Shown here one piece after another: positions 1-10,500 of a stretch of DNA of 64,000 nucleotides. The DNA comes from a virus: the IMG/VR virus record IMGVR_UViG_3300050132_000248, positions 53,332 to 117,331 of that record. One strand, given 5' to 3'. The stretch's first letter is position 1. Every line of letters begins with the position of its first letter. The notes beneath the pieces are model-generated. The model made no database searches, was not told where the DNA came from, and saw nothing but the letters and a program-made list of their open reading frames with translations. Made by a program: the position numbers and the translations under genes.

Positions 1-333
1 GAAGAACAGATGCAGAATGACAATGCTCAGAAAGAACTTGATAGAATTAATAAGAAAGAGATTGCAATCATTATGGCAACCAAAGATACTGGTGGACCAG
101 AAGAAGGTGACACAGGTCCTAATGCTGCTGAAATGGGAAAACTTGAGAATGAAAGAGTTAGAGTGACAAAGGATAACCTTACCAAATTAGCAGAGTTGAC
201 AAATAAAGCAAAAGCAGATAATCAGAAGAATGATATTGAAAAGGAAAAGCTTAAAGTGGAAAGAGAAAAGATAAAAGCAGATATTTCTGTAGCAAAACTC
301 AATGCTAGGAATAGAGGAGGTAAAAAGAACTAA
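1..333 (+). CDS. C-terminal part of a gene running in from the left edge, probably the portal protein
   Basis: The frame is open from base 1 (EEQMQNDNAQ...) and has a coiled-coil, charged C-terminus. Its position upstream of the scaffold-like gene and MCP matches crAss-like portal synteny. Inference only. Confidence 0.5.
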   Translation, partial: EEQMQNDNAQKELDRINKKEIAIIMATKDTGGPEEGDTGPNAAEMGKLENERVRVTKDNLTKLAELTNKAKADNQKNDIEKEKLKVEREKIKADISVAKLNARNRGGKKN

Positions 334-399
334 TGCTATATTACCCAAAAAAGTAATATCATTCTTCATCAAAAATGTTTTTTTTAATTAAATTTATTA

Positions 400-407
400 T
401 AATTTTA
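400..407 (+). promoter_or_regulatory. Bacteroidota-type -7 promoter element variant (TAATTTTA)
   Basis: One mismatch to the TAnnTTTG consensus, in an AT-rich intergenic region 28 nt before the ATG at 436. Confidence 0.4.
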
Positions 408-435
408 CATCACAATTTGATTTAAACAACTACAT

Positions 436-1695
436 ATGGCTGAGAAACAAAATGATAGTCCTTCCTTTAGTATTGAGGAAACGATGACTGCAGGTGCCGG
501 TGATCAACAACTCTTTAATGATTTGATATCACCTGAAACAGTATCTGGAAATGCAGATGATCTTAAACCTGTTGAAGAAAAAAAGAAAGAGGAAATTCCT
601 GAAAAGAAAAACATTGAGAAGAAAACTCCTGAGAAAAAACTTCCTGAGAAGAAAGAAGAAATAATTCCAGAAACAGAGGAAGACGAGACTAAGAAAGGTC
701 AGAATGCAATTTCTAGTTTTCTTGAGAAAGAAGGAGATGAAGAAGAGGAAGAGGAAGAAGTAATTCCAGAGAAGAAAGAAAAAATAGAAGGAGAAGAAGA
801 ACCAGAACCTTCTAAATTTAATGCTCTTGCAAAAGACCTTTTCAAACTTGGAGTATTTACAAAGGAAGATGATGATGATGAACCAGTTATTTCAACTCCT
901 GAAGAATTCCTTGAGAGATTTCAGAATGAAGGAAAGAAAAGAGCAACAGAAGCTTTACAAACCTTTATAGGAAAATTTGGTGATGACTATCAGAATGCAT
1001 TTGATGCCATATTTGTAAAGGGAGCAGATCCTAAAGAATATTTTGCAGCATATAATGCTGCTGTGGATTATGCTCAAATGGACATGACGAAGGAATCAAA
1101 TCAAGAAGCTGTCATTCGTCAAGCTCTTACAGATCAGGGACTTGATCCTGAGGATGTAAAAACAGAATTAGAAAGACTAAAGAACTATGGTGATTTAGAA
1201 ACTGTTGCTGCCAAACATCACAAGGTATTAGTGAAAAAGGAAGCACTTAAACTTCAACAGATAGAACAAAAGGCTGAAGAAGATTCTAAACAGAAAACAA
1301 TCATCAAGAATCAATATATAACTAATGTGCAGAATGTTCTGCAAGAAAAAGTAAAAGCAAAGGAGTTTGACGGCATACCAATCAACTCTAAATTAGCAAA
1401 CGAACTACAAGATTTTTTATTGGTGGATAGATGGAAGACTTCTTCCGGGGAAACACTCACTGACTTTGATCGTGCTATTTTGGAGTTAAAGCGTCCTGAG
1501 AATCACGCAAATAAGGTTAAACTTGGTCTTCTCTTGAAAATCATGGAAAAGGATCCCACACTATCTGTCATTCAAAAATCTGGTATTACAAAAAAGACGA
1601 ATGAGATATTCAGCGAAACTGCCAAACAAGTAACTAAAGGAAAGGCAAATGTAGCTGATGGATCAGTGAAAAAGAATTCATGGTTTATTCAATAA
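436..1695 (+). CDS. Acidic head-assembly (scaffold-like) protein, conserved upstream of MCP in crAss-like phages
   Basis: 419 aa with an E/K-rich disordered N-terminal half and a helical C-terminal half; lies directly before MCP. Confidence 0.55.
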   Translation: MAEKQNDSPSFSIEETMTAGAGDQQLFNDLISPETVSGNADDLKPVEEKKKEEIPEKKNIEKKTPEKKLPEKKEEIIPETEEDETKKGQNAISSFLEKEGDEEEEEEEVIPEKKEKIEGEEEPEPSKFNALAKDLFKLGVFTKEDDDDEPVISTPEEFLERFQNEGKKRATEALQTFIGKFGDDYQNAFDAIFVKGADPKEYFAAYNAAVDYAQMDMTKESNQEAVIRQALTDQGLDPEDVKTELERLKNYGDLETVAAKHHKVLVKKEALKLQQIEQKAEEDSKQKTIIKNQYITNVQNVLQEKVKAKEFDGIPINSKLANELQDFLLVDRWKTSSGETLTDFDRAILELKRPENHANKVKLGLLLKIMEKDPTLSVIQKSGITKKTNEIFSETAKQVTKGKANVADGSVKKNSWFIQ

Positions 1696-1724
1696 TTAAT
1701 TATTAACCTTAACACTTAAATAAA

Positions 1725-3278
1725 ATGGCTATTCAAACAGTTCCCGGGTTAACGGGTTTTGTCTACTCCCGTGTGGCTTCAATGGACAAACGTGCAGTGG
1801 GTAAATTAACAGACGCAAATCACTTGGAATCATTTCACAGTACAGAGCCTGCGGACTATGATAAAAAAATCATTAGTCTATATACCCAGAGCTCTTTGTA
1901 TAGTAATGACTTCCTTGACATGATCAACAAAAGTACTCCCTATTACATCGACAACAATTCTGATGCATGGAAATGGGATGTACAGGTACCTTACAAATTT
2001 CCAAAAATCATCGACATTCCTGCAGCTACATTGAACTTATCAAAGCCGGGGATTGATGGTCAGGAATTTCAAATTGTTCTAGATACTAATGAGTTCTCCA
2101 AGAATGCAATTGTATCTGTGGGTTCTCGTCAGTATGGTCCTCGTTGGTATGTTACCAAAGATCCTATGCCTTACAATGTTGGATATCTTTACAACTTTAC
2201 ACTTGTAAGTGATAATCCTATAATTGATTACGTCAGTAGTACATTCCTTCAGGTAGGTGTTGAACTTGAACTCATTGATGGTGTAATAGGTGAATTTGAT
2301 CAGGATCTCTTAGGACTTCCTAGGTTGGGTGAAAAAATCACAATGTTTGAATCTCTTGGTTCAGCATATGGTTTTGAACACAAAATTACACAATGGGCTG
2401 ATGAGAAGATGATGAGGGATGCTTCTGGTAAAGCTTTAGACATTCTTGTATATGCTCCTCAGCGTAGGAATCAACTTCCTCTTACAAGAAATGATATTAA
2501 ATGGGAACCCTTTATTGAGTTCTGGATGCGTAAATCAATGCTTGAATTAAAGGTGAAGCGTATGATTTGGAGTAAGCCAGGAACTGTAAAAACAGGGGGT
2601 ACCAAACAAGAATTAAAACGTGTATCTGCTGGTGTATACCATAGAATGCGTAACAATGGAAACCTTGTTCAATACAACAGGGGAGAATTCTCTGCTAATC
2701 TAATTCGTTCTGTCTTTGGTGATTTGTTCTATAGAAGGGTCGATGTAAAAGACCGTCATGTGAAAATGTATACCAATGAATCAGGATTTGATGTTTTCCA
2801 ACAGGCTCTTAAGAATGATGCTCTCAATTCTGGATTAACTTTCATGGCAGATTCTGGTAACAGATATTTGCAGGGTGAAGGTCAGCACATCACTTATAAC
2901 TTTGCATTTGATGCAATGGTTACAAGGGAAACTGGTAGAGTGGAACTTATTCACTTAAAAGAACTTGACCTGCCACAGAGCAATCTTGAATTTGGTCAGA
3001 ATAAAAAATCTACACCTGTATTCATGGTGTTTGATGTCTCTCCAATGAGTGATGGATCAATGGTAAACAATATTCGTGAGGTAAGGATGCAAGGTGCTCC
3101 TTCGATGACATGGGGATATATTGATGGTACTGCTCATCACTTAGGCTTTGCAAAGAGTCAGGGTATGAGCTCTGCAAATAAATTCCCGGGATATGAACTC
3201 TGGATGAAAGACCGTTGTGATGTATTTATTGAAGATCTATCTCGTACAGTGTTGATTGAAGAAATTCCACAACTCTGA
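1725..3278 (+). CDS. Major capsid protein (HK97 fold, crAss-like)
   Basis: 517 aa with sequence character recognised as crAss-like MCP (e.g. ...WGYIDG...DRCDVFIEDLSRTVLIEEIPQL). Followed by a terminator hairpin, with matching synteny. Confidence 0.85.
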   Translation: MAIQTVPGLTGFVYSRVASMDKRAVGKLTDANHLESFHSTEPADYDKKIISLYTQSSLYSNDFLDMINKSTPYYIDNNSDAWKWDVQVPYKFPKIIDIPAATLNLSKPGIDGQEFQIVLDTNEFSKNAIVSVGSRQYGPRWYVTKDPMPYNVGYLYNFTLVSDNPIIDYVSSTFLQVGVELELIDGVIGEFDQDLLGLPRLGEKITMFESLGSAYGFEHKITQWADEKMMRDASGKALDILVYAPQRRNQLPLTRNDIKWEPFIEFWMRKSMLELKVKRMIWSKPGTVKTGGTKQELKRVSAGVYHRMRNNGNLVQYNRGEFSANLIRSVFGDLFYRRVDVKDRHVKMYTNESGFDVFQQALKNDALNSGLTFMADSGNRYLQGEGQHITYNFAFDAMVTRETGRVELIHLKELDLPQSNLEFGQNKKSTPVFMVFDVSPMSDGSMVNNIREVRMQGAPSMTWGYIDGTAHHLGFAKSQGMSSANKFPGYELWMKDRCDVFIEDLSRTVLIEEIPQL

Positions 3279-3291
3279 TAATATTGAGAAA

Positions 3292-3323
3292 GCTCCCTCT
3301 TATTGAGGGGGCCTTCTTCTTTT
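3292..3323 (+). terminator. Rho-independent terminator after MCP
   Basis: GCTCCCTC-TTATT-GAGGGGGC stem-loop followed by a pyrimidine/T-rich run. Confidence 0.7.
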
Positions 3324-3353
3324 GAATTTAATTAATTTAAACTACATATTTAT

Positions 3354-4322
3354 ATGGGAAAAATAGGAAAGATTTCTACTATTAAGAAGGACTATTCAGT
3401 TAGTGGATTAGAAACAATGCAAGGAGGATTATCAAAACATGGACTCACAAGAATTCCGGGTACAGGTGTTTTTAAATATCCTTATAAGGAAATGGATGGA
3501 AAGTATAGAACAGGATTAGACAAAGATGCTTCCTACATTAAAAGGATAAGTGATCCTACAGAACAAGATATTGAACGAAAGAGAGTGGAGGATTTAAAGC
3601 AGAAATTAGAGAGTGCTCTTGGGGATGTTAAACTTGGTCCTCGTTCAACTTTCTGGAATTATGCACTTTCTACATCAACTGACGATACTCTTCATGTTCA
3701 ACCTATGAAGTTAATAGATGGAGATAACTATTTTGACTTAAATATTCCTAGTCAGGAACTTGCTTTTTCTTGGTTAAGAGTGCATCCTACAATTGCAAGT
3801 TCTTATGGAGCTTGGGAAAGAGGAGACTATCCTGCTGAGACACAGTTTTATGTTGTTGATGATGACATTGAAAATTTGGTAGTATTTAAAAAGAAGGTGT
3901 TAATCAATAAGGCAATCTCAAAGTTTGACAGTATGACTCCTGATAAGAAGAAGAAGGTAGCCAGACTTTTAGGACTTCCTGTTACTGATAGTACAACAGA
4001 AGAATCTGTCTATAATCAGGTGGATAATGTTCTTAAACAAACTGAATTCAAATCTGGAAAATATCAAGGATTATCAACAGTTGAGGTATTCAACAGATTT
4101 GCAGATATGAAAGAAAACCTACTCCATATAAAAGATGTAATTAAACAAGCCGTTCAATTCTCTATATATAGGGTGAAACCTAATGGCAAAATATATGAAG
4201 GTGAATTTGAAGTGGCTACAGATGAAGATGAACTTCTAAAATTTCTTGCAGATGATGATCATCAGGAGGATTTGATGACATTAGAAGGTAAACTTAAAAT
4301 GAAGAAAATTGCTTCCGTATGA
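3354..4322 (+). CDS. Conserved crAss-like protein immediately downstream of MCP, function unknown
   Basis: 322-aa ORF, ATGA overlap with the next gene, conserved position in the capsid module. Confidence 0.6.
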   Translation: MGKIGKISTIKKDYSVSGLETMQGGLSKHGLTRIPGTGVFKYPYKEMDGKYRTGLDKDASYIKRISDPTEQDIERKRVEDLKQKLESALGDVKLGPRSTFWNYALSTSTDDTLHVQPMKLIDGDNYFDLNIPSQELAFSWLRVHPTIASSYGAWERGDYPAETQFYVVDDDIENLVVFKKKVLINKAISKFDSMTPDKKKKVARLLGLPVTDSTTEESVYNQVDNVLKQTEFKSGKYQGLSTVEVFNRFADMKENLLHIKDVIKQAVQFSIYRVKPNGKIYEGEFEVATDEDELLKFLADDDHQEDLMTLEGKLKMKKIASV

Positions 4323-5050
4323 TACCTGTAGATAGTTTATTGTATAAAATAGATCAGAAACTAAATAAGCTATCGACAAACGATCACCAGCGTATTCAAT
4401 TGGAAGATAAGATATTAGCCTTAAATGAGGCTCAATTAAAACTAATTAAGGAAAAAGTTGATGGTCCTCCCACTCCTTCAGGAGCAGGAATGGATGCAAC
4501 AAGAAAGAGATATGAAGATCTTCAGAAACTCATAGAGTATTGGGAAGATCATCCTCTTGATCTAAAACTCACGAACAAAGAATTAAATAAGTGGACTGCT
4601 TCTTTGTCAACTATAAGTCCTGCATATATGCTTTATGTTGATGCATATGTTCTTGCTGATAAAGGAAAATGCAAAGACAGGAAAATATGGATAAACAGAG
4701 ACTTATTGGCTCATGGAGATATTCAGTTTGTATTAAATAATGTTCATTACAAACCATCATTTGAATATCAGGAGACATGTAGTTATGTAGCTTCAGATCA
4801 GATTGACATCTTTACAGATGGTACATTTACACCTACAAAACTATTTCTATCTTATTTACGTTATCCCCTTTATATAGATAAGGAGGGATATGTAAAATTA
4901 AATGGAAAAGATTCTGTCACTCAGGATTGTGAATTAAAGAATTACTTAGAAGATGAACTCGTTGATTTAGCTGTACAAGATCTTGCTGGCTATACAGAAA
5001 ATGCAGGTGCAATGAGTACAGCACAAAGTAGAATACAAAAAAATGAATAA
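4319..5050 (+). CDS. Head-tail ring/adaptor protein (crAss-like)
   Basis: 243 aa with ILALNEAQ...YEDLQKL and YLRYP...ELVDLAV motifs typical of crAss-like ring proteins; synteny. Confidence 0.6.
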   Translation: MIPVDSLLYKIDQKLNKLSTNDHQRIQLEDKILALNEAQLKLIKEKVDGPPTPSGAGMDATRKRYEDLQKLIEYWEDHPLDLKLTNKELNKWTASLSTISPAYMLYVDAYVLADKGKCKDRKIWINRDLLAHGDIQFVLNNVHYKPSFEYQETCSYVASDQIDIFTDGTFTPTKLFLSYLRYPLYIDKEGYVKLNGKDSVTQDCELKNYLEDELVDLAVQDLAGYTENAGAMSTAQSRIQKNE

Positions 5051-5080
5051 TTTATTATTAACCCTTAAATCTTAAACAAA

Positions 5081-6262
5081 ATGGCTGATTTTTCTTTGAC
5101 TACCGTCTTTGTAGTACCTGTTGGGAACACTGTTCCAAGCACAGGATCTACACAGAATTTGGCTGCTGGTCAAGTGGGAATTTTTCTCAATGATTACAGT
5201 GCTGCAACTGCCGGAAATGTTGCTGCTGCTCCTTATTTCTACATTGCTCAAGGTAGGACTAACACCTATCTGCAAGGTAGTAAACGCTCTGCTAAAATAA
5301 AAGGTTGTCCTTCAGGAACTGGCTGCAATAGCAATGTAACTGAATGGTACAAGGTAACAGGATGCCCTACACCAGTTAATCAGATAATTGATATTGGTAG
5401 TTGGAATGTACAATGTGGTGATATAGTCACATTAACAATTCGTGCTCATTCAAGTTATATTGATACTCTGTATTTCAATGGTTTAACTCGTAGTGTAACT
5501 GTTAATGCTCCTTGTTGTGCATGTGGTGCAGATCCTTGTACTCAAGTTGATTACAATGCTCTTATTAATGCATTCATTGTAAAACTGAATGCTACTGCTT
5601 CTGATTTCCTATTACCCGGAAGTACAGGAAGTAATCCTGATAATATTTATTTGTCACAATTCTTCACCTTCACTAATGTTGGTGGAACAGTTTTGGAAAT
5701 CCAAGGTAAACCTCTTACCAAATATGGTCAGCCTTGTGATGTCTCTGCTTTTCCATTTGAATATGACAGAATGTGGTTCAGGACATTTGTTTATAGTGGA
5801 CCTGCTACTACAGCTGACTTTATTGTTAGTGATGCTTGTAACATCGTAGCTACATCTACAACTACACAGAACTCCAACTTTGCAAAAGGTACTGATGCTG
5901 AAATTCAACAGTTGGAAAAGAATTATTACAGTTATCAGGCTGGTTATCTGAAACATATGTATAGGTTGATGGGATACAATGGTAACTATGAAGATTGGGT
6001 TACTGCTGGAACTATCTATAATACATATTATATCAAATTCAATGGACTTGATAGAAATGAAGAAAATTGGGGTGACTATATTCCTGAGGATAGTATGGTG
6101 ATAATTGCTGTTCAGAAGAGTAGTGCTGCAGAGACAGCTATTGTAAATATTCTTACACCTGCTCTTGGTTCTCCTACTGACGATAGTGGTGCATGTATTA
6201 CTACAACATCTACTACTACAATTGCTCCAACAACTACTACTACAACCACTGGGATAGGCTAA
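5081..6262 (+). CDS. Auxiliary capsid (decoration-like) protein with a C-terminal poly-Thr tail
   Basis: 393 aa, beta-rich and Cys-rich, followed by a strong terminator, in the position of the crAss auxiliary capsid gene. The tail TTTSTTTIAPTTTTTTT lies at ~6200-6250. Confidence 0.6.
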   Translation: MADFSLTTVFVVPVGNTVPSTGSTQNLAAGQVGIFLNDYSAATAGNVAAAPYFYIAQGRTNTYLQGSKRSAKIKGCPSGTGCNSNVTEWYKVTGCPTPVNQIIDIGSWNVQCGDIVTLTIRAHSSYIDTLYFNGLTRSVTVNAPCCACGADPCTQVDYNALINAFIVKLNATASDFLLPGSTGSNPDNIYLSQFFTFTNVGGTVLEIQGKPLTKYGQPCDVSAFPFEYDRMWFRTFVYSGPATTADFIVSDACNIVATSTTTQNSNFAKGTDAEIQQLEKNYYSYQAGYLKHMYRLMGYNGNYEDWVTAGTIYNTYYIKFNGLDRNEENWGDYIPEDSMVIIAVQKSSAAETAIVNILTPALGSPTDDSGACITTTSTTTIAPTTTTTTTGIG

Positions 6263-6279
6263 CTAAATAATTAACTTAT

Positions 6280-6331
6280 AAGAACCGTTAAGGGTAAGGG
6301 GATTCCCAAATTCCTTAACGGTTCTTTTTTT
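6280..6331 (+). terminator. Rho-independent terminator
   Basis: Perfect 14-bp inverted repeat AAGAACCGTTAAGG (6280-6293) / CCTTAACGGTTCTT (6313-6326) followed by a T run. Confidence 0.85.
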
Positions 6332-6344
6332 AAATAAAACAACA

Positions 6345-6893
6345 ATGGCAAACATCATAAATATATTAACCATTCCTACTTATGACCTTAATACATTAGC
6401 TGTTGTTGACAACTCAGTGTATGATGGCACACCTCCTTCTGTTACATTAACAATAGATGTACCTGGATTTGGACAAGCTATGGGATTGGCTTTTAATGTT
6501 AATTCTGTAAATATTTATAACTCAATAAACTTGGGTATATCTTCAGCACTTGAACCTCTTCCTGATGGTAATTATTGCATCTCATATATGATAACTGGAA
6601 ATCCTGTTCCAGCGATAGAGAAGAGAATAATGAGAGTTGATAGGCTTCAGCAAAAATTTGATGAAGCTTTTCTTACCCTTGATATGATGGAAAATGATAG
6701 AGCAATAAAGACGCAATCAAAAATTGATCTTATGAGCATTTATTTCTTCATACAGGGAGCAATTGCTTCAGCAAATAATTGTGCTGTTGCAGAGGCAACC
6801 AAACTTTATATTCAAGCAGACAGGATGTTGAATTCATTTATAGGAAAGAATTGTGGATCTTCAGGAAACAATTACATTATAAATTTTTCATAA
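6345..6893 (+). CDS. Structural protein, possibly tail hub/collar-associated
   Basis: 182 aa with an Ig-like N-terminus (LPDGNYCISY) and a helical C-terminus; position in the tail module. Confidence 0.45.
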   Translation: MANIINILTIPTYDLNTLAVVDNSVYDGTPPSVTLTIDVPGFGQAMGLAFNVNSVNIYNSINLGISSALEPLPDGNYCISYMITGNPVPAIEKRIMRVDRLQQKFDEAFLTLDMMENDRAIKTQSKIDLMSIYFFIQGAIASANNCAVAEATKLYIQADRMLNSFIGKNCGSSGNNYIINFS

Positions 6894-6894
6894 T

Positions 6895-7032
6895 ATGAAG
6901 TGTATAGGATGCCACAAATCAGTTTCATGCAGTTGCCAATTAGTAGATGGCTTATGCTTACAATGTAGAAAACTTAAGAAAGGAATAATCAATGCTGCAC
7001 TCACGACTTACAAATTGTTCAGGAGCTACTGA
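6895..7032 (+). CDS. Small Cys-rich protein, 45 aa (not in the ORF track)
   Basis: MKCIGCHKSVSCSCQLVDGLCLQCRKLKK...; its ATG lies 1 nt after the previous stop, and it has CxxC/CxC/CxxC spacing. Confidence 0.6.
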   Translation: MKCIGCHKSVSCSCQLVDGLCLQCRKLKKGIINAALTTYKLFRSY

Positions 7033-7588
7033 CATATCTATATTATTAAATGATATAGATTGCAAGTTGGTAAAACTTGGGAATGCATTATATGGGAATG
7101 CAGTCTATATGATGAATAATGATATTTCAGCAGTTGACATAATTGATTTATTAACATACAAAAGAATTCTTACCTTTAAACAGGTAAATCCTAATTATGC
7201 TTCAGTTGGAAGTTCATGGGGAGCAGAAATGATTGGTGATGTTATTCAATGGAACCAAACCAATCTTATTTATAGAACACCTTACATCTTCTGGTGGAAC
7301 AGAATAATCAAAGATGCTATTTCAACAGATACAATATTTCCTGATCTTATTCCACAAAAGACAGTTATCACCACCATTAGTGTTGATAATTTAACTACTA
7401 ATGGATTTCAACTTGTCATTCAGTTATCAGACACTACTGAGTTACTTAATGAATATATAAATCCATCTGGATTTTTAACATTAACACTTAACACACCAGT
7501 TAATTCATTGAGTGGAATTAATATCACATCTCCTTCATGGAATGGTGCAGAAATAAATCTTTCACTAACTATTGAAAATCCATTTTAA
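6992..7588 (+). CDS. Structural protein, possibly a tail-fibre anchor, with a variable C-terminal beta domain
   Basis: 198 aa: helical N-terminus (RLTNC...IDCKL...LLTYKRIL) then a beta-rich C-terminus; abuts the next gene. Confidence 0.45.
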   Translation: MLHSRLTNCSGATDISILLNDIDCKLVKLGNALYGNAVYMMNNDISAVDIIDLLTYKRILTFKQVNPNYASVGSSWGAEMIGDVIQWNQTNLIYRTPYIFWWNRIIKDAISTDTIFPDLIPQKTVITTISVDNLTTNGFQLVIQLSDTTELLNEYINPSGFLTLTLNTPVNSLSGINITSPSWNGAEINLSLTIENPF

Positions 7589-10500
7589 ATGAGAAAGATT
7601 TTAATATTTATATTGCTTTTATGGACAGGATTTCTTGTTGCTCAGAATCCTTTTAAAACTTCTAAGCTAACTACTCCACTTATTTTTATACCTGATAATA
7701 TAACTGCTCCTTCTCCTTCAACAGATTTTATATATCATATAGGGAGTGGTCTTTACTGGGGTAATCAACTTCTTAATTTTGATACAACAGGAGTTGCAAA
7801 GAGAGGATGGGTAACAGCTACTTTTGAACCTAAGTTGGGAAATCCTCTTGTGAATGGATGTATATTATCTTCTACAACAGGAGGGTTAAGATCATGGATT
7901 CCTAAAAGTGGTATAATAGACACTACAATTTTAACAACCCTCTGGCATTTCAATCATTATGCTACATGGACAGACAATGGCAATAATAAGCAAACCAGCA
8001 AGAGGGATACTGTACAAGTAGAATTTCTCAAACTTCCTAATGATGGACTTTCTGCAATAGACTTTGATAATTACGATAGCACAACTATTTACAGTGATCG
8101 AAGTGGAAATTTGGTTTTATCAACCGATATGTACAATGGAAATTATTTTAATTTATCCAGACCAGCACCAGGTTATTCTGGATTCAGGATAGCAGCTCAA
8201 AATAAAATGAGCCCGATTACCGAAGAAATAAGTGGCAATTCAAATTTCGATAACCCATTTATAGATTTGTCTATTGTTTCAAAGGGTGAAAATACTTCTG
8301 ATTTAAGATTTGATTCAACCGGAATGTGTTTTTACTTTTCAACACCCGGAATACATAGAATGAATTTAATGAAAGACACGTTACCTTGTGATACCATATT
8401 TTCAAAACACTTAAAACTTGAAGATTTGTCAGGTTCAGGAACTTCATTGGGATTGGATTCTCACAATAACGTAATAAAGACAAGTGTTGGTGATTATGAT
8501 TCCATCTGGACTGAAGATTTAACATTAGGTCACCATTGGTTATATTTAAGACGTTTTAATGATAGTGTGGGAATAGGACTATCGCAACCAACTGCTAAAT
8601 TAGACGTAAACGGAGAAATTAAAGCAACTGTAAATAGTGGGGATGCCATAAATGCAACTTCAATAACAGGAATTGGAGTTTATGCTAATGCTCCTGACAA
8701 TGTAGGTGTATGGGGTGCGTCTTATAATGGTTCTGGGGTATATGGTTCTTCTACAAATAGCTATGGGGTATACGGAAATAGTTATGCAAGCGATGGAGTT
8801 AAAGGCATTTCAATAACAGGATTTGCGGGTGAATTTATTGGTCTTACAAAGATGGATAGTGTTATTATTACCCACGTCAAACTTCGCACAGGATTAGATA
8901 CTATAATGGTAATAAATCACGATAGCTTGTATAAGCAACTATTACCCACCATCCCTGCTGGACAGATTCAATCTGATTGGAACCAGACAAATAATGTTTA
9001 TCTCGACTTCATTAAGAATAAACCCAACCTTTCAATTTATCGTACATTGGGTAATCATGATTCACTTTCACAGTTAAAGGAAAAAAGTTATAATGATCTG
9101 ACTGATAAACCATCTTTCGTTAGCGGAACTGGCCCCCAAAATTATTTACCAGTGTGGTTATCAGGAGGAATAAGTTTAGGTACGAGTATAATAAGTACAA
9201 CGGGAACAGATATAACTTCTATTTCTACTTATAAAGGATTACATTCTGATGGACATAATATTTTTATGGGTGGTGGTGGTCAAAATTCCATAGGACAAGT
9301 GGGGTCAACTTATCTTGGAAGTAATAATACTGTTTATGGGAATCAATCTTTTATGAATAATACTAATGGTTATATGAATGTCGCCATTGGTAATACATCG
9401 TTATATAGTAATACAACGGGGATTGGTAATGTCGCCATTGGCGGTCAATCTTTGTTTAACAATAGTACAGGAAATTATAATATTGCCATTGGCTATGGTT
9501 CAATGATGCCTTCTAATGGTGACAATAATACTGCTATTGGGAAATCAACACTTATGACTAATACCACTGGAAGTCATAATACAGCAATAGGGTTTTTTTC
9601 TATGGAGGGAAACGAAACAGGATTTTATAATACCGCAATTGGAGAAAATAGTTTGGGAGAAGTATTATATGGTTGGGGTAATACAGGATTGGGTAGTTAT
9701 TCTTTATGGTTAAATTTTAATGGAAGTGACAATATTGGAATAGGAGATAGTGCTGGATTTAATGAAACAAGTTCATTTAATCTTTATATTGGTAAAGGAG
9801 ATTCTACGACAGCTCCTATTTATGGAAAAATGTCTAAAAACAGATACAGAATAAACGGCAATTTACTTGTAAAAACCATTCCAATAGCAGGTTCACGGCC
9901 CAATTATGTTTTATCTCCAGACGCAAATAATAATATACAAAAATATTCATTTCCTTCTTATTCAGCCGGATATGGATTAGGACTATCAGGAACTACCTTC
10001 TATAATTCACGTTATTGGGGAACACAGGATAGTCTTAAAACATCATTATCGGGATTGGTATTGGCAACAGCAGGTAAGCTGACAGCAATTACTAATAATT
10101 CTTCAAATTGGGATAGCGGATATGCTTACCGATTGACAGGAGCAACAGGTTCAGCACCCTTGACATTGGGATTAAGTGGTAATGCTTTAACAGGTTCGAT
10201 AGATACCTCAACAGCAAAGACAGGTTTGGCAAACTTATATCAACTTGGATTGAAGGCTAATAAAGCCACTACGATAACAATAAACGGAACAGGGTATGAT
10301 CTATCCACCAATAGGAGTTGGTCTATTGCAGGTAGTGATACTTCGTTACTCAAGCACAAAAATGATACCGTGAATACCAAAACCGGATTCACTACTTTAT
10401 ACCAAAACGGTTTGAAGGCAAACAAATCAACCATCTTAACTATTAATGGTACGGCATACGATATTTCGGCTAATAGAAGCTGGACAATTGCCACTACCGA